A DNA stretch of 63,247 nucleotides, filler included, from Rhabdomonas costata (lineage: Eukaryota): NCBI GenBank assembly GCA_019059605.1. It is 24 parts of 24 records of this genome, joined end to end, with 100 filler letters (N's around TTAATTAATTAA, not from the genome) between each part and the next. Parts side by side here need not be neighbours in the genome. Positions count along the whole stretch, not along the records: positions 10,565 to 13,104 come from JAHMHO010002953.1; positions 13,205 to 15,744 come from JAHMHO010002954.1; positions 15,845 to 18,382 come from JAHMHO010002955.1; positions 18,483 to 21,022 come from JAHMHO010002956.1; positions 21,123 to 23,661 come from JAHMHO010002957.1; positions 23,762 to 26,301 come from JAHMHO010002958.1; 18 more parts are not named here. The stretch is one strand, 5' to 3'. How positions within the stretch are numbered: position 1 is the first letter of the stretch; each line of letters starts with the position of its first letter. The translations under genes and the position numbers were made by a program. Shown piece by piece: positions 12,452 to 25,698 of the stretch. Under the pieces are notes generated by a model. The model worked only from the letters and a program-made list of their open reading frames with translations, was not told where the DNA came from and searched no databases.

Positions 12452-15438
12452 GTGTGCGCTGTCGCGAACAAAACGAGCGAACGCGAAAGCACTCCAATAA
12501 TGAGCAGGTAGGAATCATTCCAAATACAGATGCATTGATGATGTCATTTGTGCCAATCATTCAACAAGAGAAGACGCCGGAGCGTCCCTTGGACTGAATA
12601 CTTGGCAACGTCTTGAATGAGGTAGCTTTAATGACTATAATGCTGGCAGGGATTGCAAGGCGCAATGCCCCTGGGGAGTATGTGGAGTGGAGGGGTATGT
12701 CAAAGGTGGGGAATGCCCTTCGGTCTCGATTCCCATGGGTCCCGGAGTTCCTTCACGTGTCGGTGTTTGATGCATGTAATTGAAGAGTGGGAGTGCGGGT
12801 TATTACTGAGATTTTTTTTTCCGTTGTCGACCTTCTCTTGCTGTGCTGCTTTCTTGGTTATCGTGACATTCTTCCACCTTCAACTTCAGAAGTGTATGTG
12901 TACACGCGTTCAACTTCAGTTGCTCCAGCAAGCACCCCATTTGCGCCAAGGCACAAATGACAACCTCGGATTTGCTTGATTTCGATTGTATTTTGCCCAC
13001 GTTTATCTGGAGGGCTTCGGTTCAACTGTCAACTGCACACTGGAAGTTAACGATTCTATGTCGGCGTTTGCATATACACACACTCCCCCACTTCCCCCAA
13101 AACANNNNNNNNNNNNNNNNNNNNNNNNNNNNNNNNNNNNNNNNNNNNTTAATTAATTAANNNNNNNNNNNNNNNNNNNNNNNNNNNNNNNNNNNNNNNN
13201 NNNNGTGGTTGTGTATGTTTGCGTGTTTGGACTTGCCTCAGCGTCTGAACTGTGCAAATCCAGCAAACTTTTCATTAAAACTGCAGAGACGGGCGACTTC
13301 CTTGTTTTTCAGATGCTCAGCTGGACCAGATCTGCAAAGTCCTCCGGGTGCTGTACACTGGTACTCTTCCTTTCTCCCCCTCCACTGTCCTTGTACGACA
13401 GCTGTCCTTGTATGACTACAGAGGAAACTTGAATCGGTAGTCGACGCAAGTTTCCGCACTGCCGCTGGTTTTCGAATGTCCAGTGCTGGCATCCAGTGCC
13501 GGTTACCATTCGAAATTGGCTCTTTCACTGTTGTGTACTTTGAATGAGTGGTTATCGTGACTTCCTGGGCCGGCATAACCTTGCGTCTGCAATCGCTATT
13601 GCCCGCAATTTCTATTTTTTTGAATTCGAAAATTCGCATCACTGAAATCTAATAATCATACAACGTGCGAATAATGTGTCAGTCGCTAATTATTCCCGCT
13701 TTAACCTGTTTTCTGTGGTGGTTGCGCTCGCGAGAGGAGAGCGAAAGTGCAAAACCGGGACGGCAGTGAATCATGAATTCCGTAAAACGTCCCTCTGCAT
13801 CCAGTTTCGTTGCTGTCCTTTGCTCAGAGGCCACCTGTTGTCATGGCAAACTGCCAGTGCTTCTTTTTTTTTCGTCCCTTTGCAATGGACTTGCGGGACT
13901 TGCAGAACCGGATAGACCACACCCCGATTCTGCTGCAGAACATCACAGGGGATCCCAAGTGCGTTCATCCAATTGCGTACTTTCGGGTTTCGAGTAATTT
14001 TGATGCGTGGGCAAAGAATGAAACGTCTTCTTGCGCTATCTGCGTCATCCATACCATTTACTGCCACCTACCCCATCCTTAACCAGACATTTTGCTTGAA
14101 CTACAGCTGCGAAAACGCCATCTGCTGCCAACTATCGCCATCTAGCGGGCGGCATTTCTGCATATACCCAAAGGGTATTGTCGTGAGGCTGTGGCGACTC
14201 CACCGTAGGTAGCAAACCGGCACTCACTTTTCGCGTGAATAGCGGCCGCTCTGTGGAGTGGTGGGGTGGGGCGGATACTTTCCCGATGTTCGTTCACGTC
14301 ACAGAACGGATGTCAAGATTGGGCAAGTGGGACGGTGAGCATCCCACTGCGGCGCCGCGGCTGTTCAGAGCACACATTATCTTGCTGCCAGGAAACTGAC
14401 TTTGCAACCACGGGGGAAAGTGGCCACATCAGCTTGGAGGTCCAACAAACTGACTGTGTTCCCACATGTACGGATATCACTGTACTTTTGCATTTCACTT
14501 GTTTGCTCGGCCGTGCTCTTTCTATCGGGGTGTGGAAGTTGGTGATCTCTCGATTTGTGGGATGCGAAAGTCTTTCCCGATGCACAGAACAAAACTCACC
14601 GCCAGCTGGCTTATTCAGCTTCTCTGTGGAAGAAAAGTTGCCGAGGAGCAACTGACGGACATGAATGAAAAAGACACCACGGTATTTTTATTGAATGTCA
14701 AGCGAGATTTGCCGGGAAACGAACGTACACGTGAGAATAAGCAACATACATGCAAAAATCGAAAAAAGGTTGTCTGTTCAAATGGAAACAATACTTCGGG
14801 TGGAAGGGATATGAAGCCAGGGGTAATACGAAAAACTTCTACAAGGCATCTGTGATTGAGATGGATGATTGCTGGAATTTGTAAATTATCCAGTGGTCTC
14901 ACAGGACGACGTTGACGTTTGAGAGTGCTAGGTGATAGCCACCATTCATTTACACGATTTTCCGAATGGCTGCAATGAAACCTGAACCGTGAACCATGAA
15001 CTCTTCGGATTGAACTTTGAAGCGTCCCACGATGAACCTTGGAAGTTTTTTTTTGGGGGGGGGAGGAGGGTTCAAAACTCTTGACTGACATTGAAATGAG
15101 CTTTCTTTGGGCCAAATTGAACTTCGAGGTTTGTACAACCCTGTTTTTTATTGATTTCTTCTGCTTTCGGCTCCGCAGTGTTGTAAAAAAGTGTTTGTAA
15201 AACTAAAAATTGTGAGATGAAGAGAAAAACTTCTGCTGTCAGCGCGGCGCCCCGATTTCTTCGCAGCAGGAATTTCTGCGTCCTTTTTCTTTATTTGCCT
15301 CTGGTAATTGGCTTCCCTTCCCAGACAAGAAAACATACAACCAAGAAAGAGTCCCATCCCGGAAAGCCCCCACTTGACGTGTGCGGTGTCCGGTGGTGTG
15401 AACATCCCAGTGACTGTGTCCAATGTGCTGACTTCGCC

Positions 15439-15603
15439 ATGGGGAAGCACCGGCGATCGTCCCGCTCTATCTCTATCTCTAGCGCCAGCTCGAGCTCGTC
15501 CCAGTCCCGGACTTCGTCCAGCTCCGCCTCCTCGTCGTCTTCATCCTCCCATCTCTCCTCCGAGCGCTCATCTTCCAAGTCCAGGAGCGCCTCTTCATCT
15601 TGA
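15439..15603 (+). CDS. Possible Ser/Arg-rich coding segment (MGKHRRSSRS...)
   Basis: GC-rich, codon-structured Ser-rich run. The opposite strand reads as an acidic D/E ORF, so the coding strand is ambiguous. Confidence 0.35.
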   Translation: MGKHRRSSRSISISSASSSSSQSRTSSSSASSSSSSSHLSSERSSSKSRSASSS

Positions 15604-16587
15604 TTCATTGTGGAGCGGGGGGCGGTCTCACGCTACGAAAATCAAAAATCAAAGCATCGTGGATCTTAGCCGCGGAGGGCAGTGTAGCGCCCAAGACATC
15701 CTGTATAAAATGAAAAAGTCCATCGCTGGAGACGCAACACACACNNNNNNNNNNNNNNNNNNNNNNNNNNNNNNNNNNNNNNNNNNNNTTAATTAATTAA
15801 NNNNNNNNNNNNNNNNNNNNNNNNNNNNNNNNNNNNNNNNNNNNGTGGTGGGTGTGTGTGGTTTTGTGGGGCAGGCTCTGACCGGGTTCCAAAAGGCTGT
15901 GTAGGGTGGAGCTCAATTCTGGTGGGAGTGCGCGTTGCTGATCGCATGGTTTGCCCTTTGCGTTTTTTATGGGTCTTTTGTTCGTTCTTTTTTCCTCGAT
16001 GATTGTACCCTCTACCCTGGGCTTCCTTGGGGAGTGGTGGAGTGGTGATGCGAACTCAAACGTCGTCGAGGTACGGTGTGTTCCGCTGGGATGCTCATTT
16101 GTCATGCGCTTTTTGCCAATCGGGGAGCTGATTGCTGGGCAGACGGAAAGCATTAAGGAATACAACATTTGAGCCACGGTTATCCCAACAGTGCCTAATA
16201 TTTGGACAACTCTGCTGAGTAAAATTACGTTTAGATGTTCTTTCCGGTAGCCGAGCCCGTGGCTGTCCAGAATGGAGAGGGTTACACATGACTTTTCATG
16301 GATGGTGGGATTGAGTGGCTTTTTTTTCGAAAGAGATGAAAAGGCATTGGCGCCAGGTTCGCAGGGGGTTGCACCTGGAGGGGCCTGGACAGCTGTGTCG
16401 TCGCCCTCTTCCCCGTGTGGTTCCATTTCTGCCTTCCTGCTCTGTAGGACCCCGATCACGTTACTTTTCTCCTTTTTGTGTGGTTTGTCAAACAGCGTAC
16501 CTTACTTATTTCGTTTTCATTTTTCACCGCTGTTATACGGTCCACGTTGACTTCTTTTGTCGGGATATAAGCCTAATCAACACCAGG

Positions 16588-18290
16588 ATGGGGCCCCGCT
16601 CTCGCTCTGCGATGGGGCCAGTTTTTGTGTTGCTTGCCATGCTGCTGGAGGCCCACGCCGCAACCTCGCTTCTTCCGGGGATGAGCCTGCAGACCACGAA
16701 GTACTTTGCCGGGATGACCTGCACTGCAAACACGCTGCTCATGCTGACCCAGACCTCCGTGAATACCTCCAGCTGTGTGACAGGGGCCTGCGTGACTGTG
16801 GCTGACCAGGGGTCGATATACTCCACGCAGCAGGTTGTGAGCACGACCCAATCTCGGCAGACCCCCCCCCTCGCGGCTTTGCGAGAGTTGTGTGCAACGG
16901 TGGGGATGTTACAGTGGTTTTGGGGAAATAATGGATCCAGCTTCCTGTTGTTTTGTTCTACCCTCGAGCTTACTCTGCAACCGTTTCCGATGATGTTGGG
17001 TAGAGGTAGATGCCCTGCCCGGACCTTTTCGACAGGAAGCCCTTCCAGAGTCTTTCGCAGACAGCAGGCTGGTCAGCAGGTGCATTTTTCTGTTAAGTGG
17101 TATTTTCCCACACTCGCATCACCGTCGCCTTTGTGTGAAATCTTGATTCTTGACGTTGCTGAACTTTTTGGTTTCAGCTTGGTCCGCTTATTGTGTGTAT
17201 GTGGCCTTGTACTTCTGTAACGGCGGAGCATTTTCATGTGTTGACACTTTTGGTTTTCCAGGTTTTTGTATGTGCTGTTCGCAGCTTTGTGAGACAGCAG
17301 AGAGCCCGCTTCTCTCCCAGTTCAACGTTTCGCTCCGCACGTATGCCTCCAACATCACCAATGCGTCTGCGGACTGCCCCGGGACCAACCCCTTGTACAG
17401 CACCGCCGGATTTTTGTCCACCTGCCTCTTTACCCCCGCCATCCTGGACGCCAGTCTGGAGGCCTGGGGCCTCCTCCCCGACCCGAAGACCACTGGCTTC
17501 ATGGTTTGTTGGGGGGGGGGGGGCAAGGGATGCGAGTACAGCGTGAGAGATGTGGTGGCTTTGTGGCGCTCGATGTTGTAAATGGACCAATTATTGCTGT
17601 GTATTCAGAATATGGTTTGGATGTGTTAATTGCCACATTTCACCCTGTTCGGTGACCTTACTGCATTTATTTTTTCTGGGCTTTACTGCTGCATAGCATT
17701 GAGCGCGTACCGGGTGCGCCTTCCCCCCCTTCTTTCGTATTGCCGTCATCCAATTACATCTCATACCACCCTTTCCGCAAAGTAACATGAGCAAGTGGGT
17801 ACTGACTCAGTTTACGTAACCCCCAGGCAAGGAAAATAGTTTAACACCGTCGAATGTCAAATTCTTACATGGCCCCCTCCCTCATGCTTCCCTCCGCTCT
17901 GGAACCGCCACGGACTGGTCTCCGTCCCTGCATTTATTTTGTCCCAATCGATGCGCCTAGTCTTAAACGTGTGACGTTGCTGAAAATTGTATAACGCCTC
18001 CCTGCACACATACCTACTCACACAATTAACATTGCCCCAAGGTGTCAGATATTCACTGCCTCCCCTCTGCACCTGCTGGGACCCCTTATGGGTTGGTTGC
18101 TGCGCACTCTCAGGTAAGCTGCTCCCGTGCCGCCCCCACCACTATATATTCGGCGACCTTCTCCTCCCCTCTGTACTGCGAGGGCGCCCCGCTCTACGCC
18201 GACGCAGAGGTGCCCGCGCAGTGCGTCTTCAACGGGACAGACCCCTCGCTGACTTACCTCCTGGCGCGGGTGGCCACCTGCAAATTGTGA
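16588..18290 (+). CDS. Secreted Cys-rich protein, apparently complete, 3 exons (16588 or 16612-16833, 17285-17503, 18114-18290)
   Basis: Signal-peptide-like MGPVFVLLAMLLEAHA. Two phase-0 GT-AG introns keep the frame. Ends in TGA. Recurrent Y..C.(G).....C pattern. Confidence 0.8.
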
Positions 18291-19767
18291 AATAACGCCG
18301 CCGCTGGTGCCCTCGAGGTCTCGTGGGCTGCGGAGCTCTGATTGCCCACAGATTAGTGTGTGTGAGAGACGTGCGGGGCAGTNNNNNNNNNNNNNNNNNN
18401 NNNNNNNNNNNNNNNNNNNNNNNNNNTTAATTAATTAANNNNNNNNNNNNNNNNNNNNNNNNNNNNNNNNNNNNNNNNNNNNGTGGACCTGGTGGCGCTT
18501 TTTGCCAGAAGGAAACATGTGCTTCAGAGCAGTTACCACCAGTTGCGGACAGCGCTGCTTAAAGGCTATTAAGAAAATTGTACACATCGCATGACGTGCA
18601 TGATTCAGCAGAAGTCTGACTGCTTGCTGTTTAGAAAACTGACTGCTTGTTGTTTGCGATAAAAAAAGCATTACCTTACCACAGCACTACAAAGAAAAAG
18701 GAGTACCACCCCATATCGGAAATGAAAACAAAAAAGACAGGGATCAAACTTGCACATGCAGGAAAAGCATATTCTAATCAGCGTATTAGAAAAGAGTAGG
18801 GAAAAAAGATGAGAAGGGGAAAAGCCCACTGGGAGCTGCCCTTACAGCAAGTAACTGCAGAGACCTGAGCGCATCTATGGCTTGTGCGTGCCCTTGATCC
18901 GCCGACCACTCTGAGATCGTTTTAGATTCGAGTGGATGGCTTCGGTGCAAAGCAACAGATTTTTCGGTCGTCGCGCGCACCATGCTGATCTTTATAGGCG
19001 AGTCCGCAGCGCGACGGGAACTGAAAACTGAATGATGCCTGCAGTGTAGGTTTGGGTCTTGTGTTTGACGACAAAAGGGATGGATGTTTGGGAATTACCA
19101 GGGTTGATGCAGTGTCCTAGACTTGTTTCAGTCTTTCCCTTTTTTACTGTACGACCGTACGACGTTATGGGTTATACCTGAAACGTCATTGCCGTACAGC
19201 CTTGTTATGCTGGGTGGAGTCCGACACTGTCCCAGAGTAGCCCCAATTTGGTTGTGCAGCCCACACTGATTGGATTATCTACTTTGACGTCTGCTGCTTG
19301 TGATGTGGAAGTGCATGCCCAAGCCCACCTTCCCCATGCACGGTGCCCAGTGTCAAGGGAGGAAACCTCACTATTGGAGACAACGAATATAAACACAGCC
19401 CGACGGGCGACACATACCCGTGTTCCTGTTATAAAGACCATCGCAGACATAAATTGCGGTCTAAATTCTATGGAGTTGTTTCTACGCACAACGCCCTCAG
19501 AGAGGTAAAGGGTTTGGTGTGCTGGCGTACGGTCAGAAACGACCGCTACCCGTCCGTAAAAAGGGGTGTACATAATTAAATGTTCCCAACGATGCCAAGG
19601 TTAGAATTGGAGTGAGGGATGTGATTTTAGTGAGGCTGTAAGCTTGCATGCGACTTACTATTCGAACGGTAGCAAGTCTTCCTCGCACGCGCCTGCAGTC
19701 AATCGCGCTGCTTCCTTTCTATTGATGAACAGAAGTACTTTTTTTTTGCTGCGGTGTCATCACTCAG

Positions 19768-20509
19768 GGCCACACCCACCGTCCCTTTTGCGGGTCGACT
19801 GATGGGGACCGCCGAGGAGACCCCCGGGACGGGCCCCATCCGCGGCCTGAACGATGCCCCCGACCTCTCCCTTCACGAGTGCATTAAATACGCTGAGGCG
19901 TGAGACCCCGTGTTCGGGCAGATGGAGCTCGGAGGCCATGCGCTGGCGGCGATGGACTTCGCGGAGCAGATTCTACTCACGGACACCACGGACACAGTGC
20001 TGGGCTTGGCGGACGACATCGATGCGATCAACCTGTATGTTCAGCAAAGTCCGTTCTACACCGAGCTCAGCCGCCGCCTGCGGAACAGGGACCGCGAGCT
20101 GCTGAGGCCGCTGTTCCCGTACCTGAAACTGTTTATTCTTGCGCTGCTCAAGCTGCCCAAGTATCGTGGGATGGTGTACCGCGGGGTGAAGGCCGATCTC
20201 CACGGGCAGCATGTGCAGGGCTTGAGCAAGATCTGGTGGTCCGTCACCAGCACCACGACAAGCGTGGAGGTGCTGAGCAACCCGATGTTCCTGGGCACAA
20301 TGGGGCAGCGGACGATGATCCACATGGAAGTGCAGAACGGGGTGGACATCTCGAGGTACTCGGGGCATCCGGAGTCGGAGGTGTTGCTGGTGCCGGGCAC
20401 TCGGCTGAGGGTGAAGGGGGTGCTGAACATGGGCCATGGGGCACACATTGTGCAGATGGAGGAGCAGCCGGGCGTGGTGATCATTTCTCCTCCTTCCCCT
20501 CGTCCCACG
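19768..20509 (+). CDS. NAD:arginine ADP-ribosyltransferase (ARTC/R-S-E clade) exon with an in-frame TGA at 19901-19903; possible pseudogene
   Basis: Catalytic motifs VYRG, TSTT and ESEVLL. Also PIRG..PDLSLHE, AINLY and LFPYLKLF..AL.KLP. Flanked by a cag| acceptor and an acg|gt donor. Confidence 0.88.
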
Positions 20510-23169
20510 GTGTGGACCCCTCCATCTTTCGTACTCTTGTGGGCTCACCCGGAGTCCGCCCAATTTACCGGAGTAGTCAATTACAGGAACTGGCTTGCAG
20601 TCTGGTTTGCATGGCATTTCTTCTTCATTGGTGTGAGCCCCTTCACCAGTCTGACTGGTCCGAAAGCAGCAGAAGTCGTGGGAAGCATTTTAGGGTATCA
20701 TGTTACAGCAGAGCAAAAATCGCGTAATCCCATGTTCTCTCTGCAGCTAGGGTGCGCAGCGCGCTTCCCTCCTGTCCTCCATCGTTCATCCTTCCTTCCT
20801 GATCCTCATTTGTTTGTGCTCCGCCTTTTATCCCGTCATGTGTTCTCCGGGCGCTGGGCTGCTCGCAGCTGTCGTTTTTGAAGCCCCAGCCTCAGCACCC
20901 CTGCCCTATAGCAGCGGAGCTGAAACTCGCAGACCTGCTGTGAGAATGCTTTTGTAAACCAACGGAAAAGAAACGCCGACTCGTGGCAGGTTTCTGATAA
21001 ACGTTTACAAGTACCAAAAACCNNNNNNNNNNNNNNNNNNNNNNNNNNNNNNNNNNNNNNNNNNNNTTAATTAATTAANNNNNNNNNNNNNNNNNNNNNN
21101 NNNNNNNNNNNNNNNNNNNNNNTGTGTGTGGTGCACATTGTTGAGGTTCATCCTACAAAATAGTCGGTACTTGGGCAGGATGATGATGCGATTTGTTTGG
21201 TAGAAAAAAGAGAAAAAGAGATAAGAGAGCGATTAGAGATACCGGGAGGTGAATAAATGTTGTATTAGCGAGACGTCATGTGTATGTCAGCATTTATGAG
21301 TTGTAAGTGGAGGAAATATTAAGCGTAGCAAAGGAGTGACGACGTAAATCATGTTGTATTTCCACAACCATAATGTTCTTCCACTCCTCCAACAACATTG
21401 TTTGCTACTCTGATGTCAGAATTAATCTCAATCAACATGATAAGTGGTCTCCATATGCTGGATCTATTTCTAGTCATTCTATAATTTTGGATTCGATGGC
21501 ACTGAGCCTATCAGAGAAGTGCACGGTTACATGGTGTTACCTTCGGTCCATCAAACATTAGCATGTATAAGTATCCTTCACTCTGTATTTGATTCTGGAT
21601 TGACATCAGCATAAAATCACCACTTTAGGGCCCTTCCATCACTATCACTCATCATCAAACATCCAACCACCGTGAGTAGCGGATTGCGGTATGTAGATTT
21701 ATAATTAAGAGTCACGAACGCAGTGTTTGTTGTTACTCGGCGATGTCGTCCTCCGCGCACTCCACTTTGAATGTTACTCTACTTGTGTTCAGCCAGCCAA
21801 TAAAAAGTAAGACTTGCATGATACGCCAAAACACGCTTCATGATCTAGGTTTCTAGCACAGATGTTTACCCATAGCTTTGTGTTGGCTCTCCACGCTATT
21901 CAACTACTACTATGGAATACACTTGTGTTCTGAGCATGTCCTACGCCTAAACTTCAGGTGTGGCTTGGAATCTCCCGTCATGCATCAAGTGCGTGTAGGC
22001 GGTGTTTTGCCAGACTGGATTTTTGTGTACTACCTCATGCTTTTTGGAATTTTTACAATGGTAATAACACATGAGCGACGTGTTTATTGTATCTTCAAGA
22101 TGAATGTGATCCATCGCGGATTTTGTAATTAACAATACCATACCATTAAGCATATTACGTGCCACGGATAAACCAGATTTTCCGGTTAAACATTCTCAGT
22201 TCCCACTGCTGACCACAGTCCAATACCTATGGATGTTGACAAAGAGCATTCCAATAGAGGAGCTTCCAGAAAAATTCTAAGAGATGCGCGTACAAACAAA
22301 GTAAACACGAGATTTAATTTGATTTGAAGAAGTGTGTGGAACTACTGGTTTGGCAACTGGTCCGAATGATGCGGCAGTGGGCAGTGGGCACAGTGATGGG
22401 CAAAAAATGTGGCGCGGGCAGAAAGTGGGAAGCCGCGCGTCTCGCGCCAAGTTGTGTGCAGCTAGAAAAGAACAAAGCACACCACGGAAGCGCAATGGAG
22501 AAAACCACACACGGAAGCAGAAAATACGATGCACAGAAAAACAGGCACGCCAAGAGAAATAACCAGCTTTTAAAGTGGAGGCTACGGCCAAAAACAATGC
22601 GCGCATATGTCATCCGGAGGCGAAAACGGAAACAATGCAGAATATGAAGGGTAGAGGCGTGTGACGGAAAAACCTGCAGACCGGCAGTGTTGAAAGATGA
22701 ATTCTGGCATGTGTGTAAGGGGGAGATGCATCTGTTTCTGACATTATGAGGACCGTTACAGGAGGTCAGGGCAAAGCAGGCTCTTTTTTCAATGGCACTC
22801 ATGTGTGTAACTCAACGCCACCATCGCTACAACACCACCCTTGTTCGCCGCGCAGAGAAAGTGTCGCTATTTTGTAAGTTCTGGACGATATGTGGATGTG
22901 CGGATCTGTTAGGATTGGGACATGGGTGGAGACTTCAACCAGAATTGCGTTGATTCTGTATGCTGTTGAATTAGTCTCAGACAGAGGATTGGTTTAGCAG
23001 ATGTGGGTTGCTGTGTTTCGTGTCTTTATAACTCAGAAAAAAGTCTTTCTATCTACCTGCTCATCGTAGAGAATCGCAGGCAGTGGTAGATTTGCATTGG
23101 TTCTCTGAAACTTTAATGGCTGTTTGGAAGCATTCTTCCACAAAATATTTACTGGTTAACACACGGCAG

Positions 23170-23612
23170 TTTTGACCTTGAAAAGTCTTAAAATGTGACC
23201 CAGCAACTCATTGGTTCACTCTTGTTTGGAAAAGGTTTTACCTCGCTATACCCCAGTGTTTCTCAGGGCCCGTGCAACCGTCACGTTTTGCCATTTCGTT
23301 GTCTGGAGCTCCATCAGAATTCGCTGGTTTCAGTACAACCAGCAGCAGCAGATCATCCGCTACGTGTAGCTCAGAAACCACACCCCATCCTCGGGCTGTG
23401 CCCCGCCTCACCGTGGACAAGACATCCGCCTTGGAATGGCTGTGGCAGGCCAGGTTTGGTGCAATACTCACATGCACCACTTGCCATGCACAGGCTGAGT
23501 ATACAAGCCGCATCAAAGCATTAATCTCCTCTTCTTCTATCTCATCAACATCTCCGCCATCAGGTCGCGTAAACTGGAGACCATCCCTCCTCCAACTCAC
23601 CTCATTTACCAC
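23170..23612 (-). mobile_element. Decayed non-LTR RT remnant
   Basis: VRRGTARG..VSEL (like RG..QG..LSP.L), VADDLLLL (like YADD) and later LLGHI (like YLG), in the expected order, with an internal deletion. Confidence 0.4.
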
Positions 23613-23990
23613 AGCATAAGGATCTGTGGCAGTTCACAAACACCTAAACTTACCCATCACANNNNNNNNNNNNNNNNNNNNNNNNNNNNNNNNNNNNNNN
23701 NNNNNTTAATTAATTAANNNNNNNNNNNNNNNNNNNNNNNNNNNNNNNNNNNNNNNNNNNNGTGTTGCCTGCAAGAACTCTTCCGCCCATAGTTGTCAAT
23801 CGCACTGCTGCAGGATTGGGGCGAATTCTGATTTTGTCCCATTATGGTGCACGCCTGGAGCCTTTCACCTGTTTGCCTTTTGTGTGTGCATGTGTGCTGC
23901 AACACCAGAAGTTGTCAACCTTGTCGTGCATTTAGCATCGATCGAGTTTTAATTTGGCAGGGTCGGGTGCAATACCTCTTCTTGCTACAG

Positions 23991-24906
23991 CGGGCGGTAG
24001 CTTCTCCGGTGGTTCCATTGTCCTTCGAGACGGACAGCCAGCTGTGCCACCCCGACATCTCGGTAACCGATGGGGGGCGCGTGGCCACTAAAACTCAGGA
24101 TGCCACCGATCATGCCTCCGTGCAGGTGCAGGGCATTGCAGTGCGAGTGGGCGCGGAGGCCCAGGTTCGGTTTCGGATCGTGCAAAACCGCAATCTCTTC
24201 GTGGGGGTGCTCCCGCGGACCCACACCCCGTTGGAGGTCAACGGTCAGCTTTGGCCAGGGTGCACTGACTTCCCCGAGGGGGTCAGAAGTTCCTTTGTGG
24301 GCTTTGGGACTGGAATTTGGGGGAGGGGCTCAACCACTACCATGGACAGTTCTGGTATGCTTTATTGGTCTGGATTTGCATTACTGATTCCGCGTGCTCG
24401 CCCGTCGTTGTTCACCGCGGAACAGGTTGCACAGGTCTCAAGCAAAGTCTAGCCGGGCAAAACTCGCCACTAGGTAGATTGCGGGTTTAGGCTCTATTTT
24501 TATTAACAGCCTCCCCACTAGGTGTTTCTCACCACCAGCCACTGTACCTGTAACTGGTACTGTAGGTACTGTAACTGCAACTGGTTGGAAGCCCTTCCCC
24601 CTCCCCGTTCGGAAACCCGAAACCCTCAGTATGTGCTACACTGGGGCCATCGCCCGCGACATGTGCTATGACAGTAGCTTCAGCTCAGGCTACGACACAG
24701 GGGACGAAGTGGCCATCGTTGTGGACCGCAGCCCGCGAGTGGTGGCAGAGGACGGCAACGGTTATGGAACGGTGAAGTTCGTTGTGAACGGGACGCTAGC
24801 CGCTGGACCCTTCCCTCTGAAGTTTGCGGAGGACGTGGTGTTCTTAGTTACATTTGACAGAGTGGGGGAGTGTGTTGAGGTCCTCCCCGTGGGTGGCGTC
24901 GGGTGA
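23991..24906 (+). CDS. SPRY/B30.2-like domain protein, last two exons (23991-~24280, 24630-24906)
   Basis: HPDISVTDGGRVATK, FRIV..RNLFVGV, GYDTGDEVAIVVDR and GTVKFVVNG are SPRY-like beta-sandwich signatures. Ends in TGA. The intron donor is off by 1 nt (see findings). Confidence 0.72.
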
Positions 24907-25698
24907 GCCCCTTTCCTGCTGTGTGTTTGGGTCGTACTGCCTTCCCACTTCGTGTTCCTGCTTTCCCGGTGTCTGTAAATGTCTGCGTGTCGTATCGTGG
25001 CGTTCTCAACGGTTTCGGCGATTCCTTGTCGGAACGCTATTGGGTGGCAATTTGGTGGTGGGTGGTGGGAACCGGTCCTGCGCGCTTCACTCATGGTGGA
25101 AAACTACCCTTTTTATTTAAGGAACGAGTGAATTTGTTGCGGGCAAAAGCTGAAGCAGGTCAGGTCTCCCGAAACGCTGCGTGGCCGGTCCTTTCACCCT
25201 CCGGCCGGTACTAACCTGTGCCCCTCGGAAAGTTTATCGACGGCACCCACAACCTATGTGCTGCCTGTATCCACTGAAAGGGGTTCAGACAAGGGCTCCG
25301 CCTGTTGCCCACCATAACCACAAAACTGTTGCCACCGCTCTAACTCCCTTCCACTCCCGTCCCCATTATTTAGTTGTAGTCATTTCAGAATGGATGGATG
25401 ATTATATGTGTGCTTCCTAAACGATTTTTGATCAATCCCTTTATCCTGCCTCATCTCCATGTGACTGAATGGAATGGCATGCGCTCTGGTTCTAAGATAT
25501 GCGTGGGACGGATCAGTCCACAGGTCTCCTGGAAGGTCTCACTGCGTTCTCGCCGTATCTCTCATCACATCACAGATTGTTGGTTGCCAGGTACTCGAGG
25601 GGAAGGGGCGGTGGTTTGCAGGCTCCCACGAATCTTTTGTTCCCTTCGGTCCGGGTTTTTTTCGCCAGCCGACTCCCTCTCTCTGTGAGTGCGAGAGA

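Noticed and set aside
19901-19903. Genome-wide TGA reassignment
   Set aside because: This is the only case. TGA appears to terminate other genes, and there are no in-frame stops in FARSB, STX16 or the GHMP-like exons.
19900-20727. Overlapping alternative-frame and antisense ORFs
   Set aside because: Shadows of the GC-rich ART exon.
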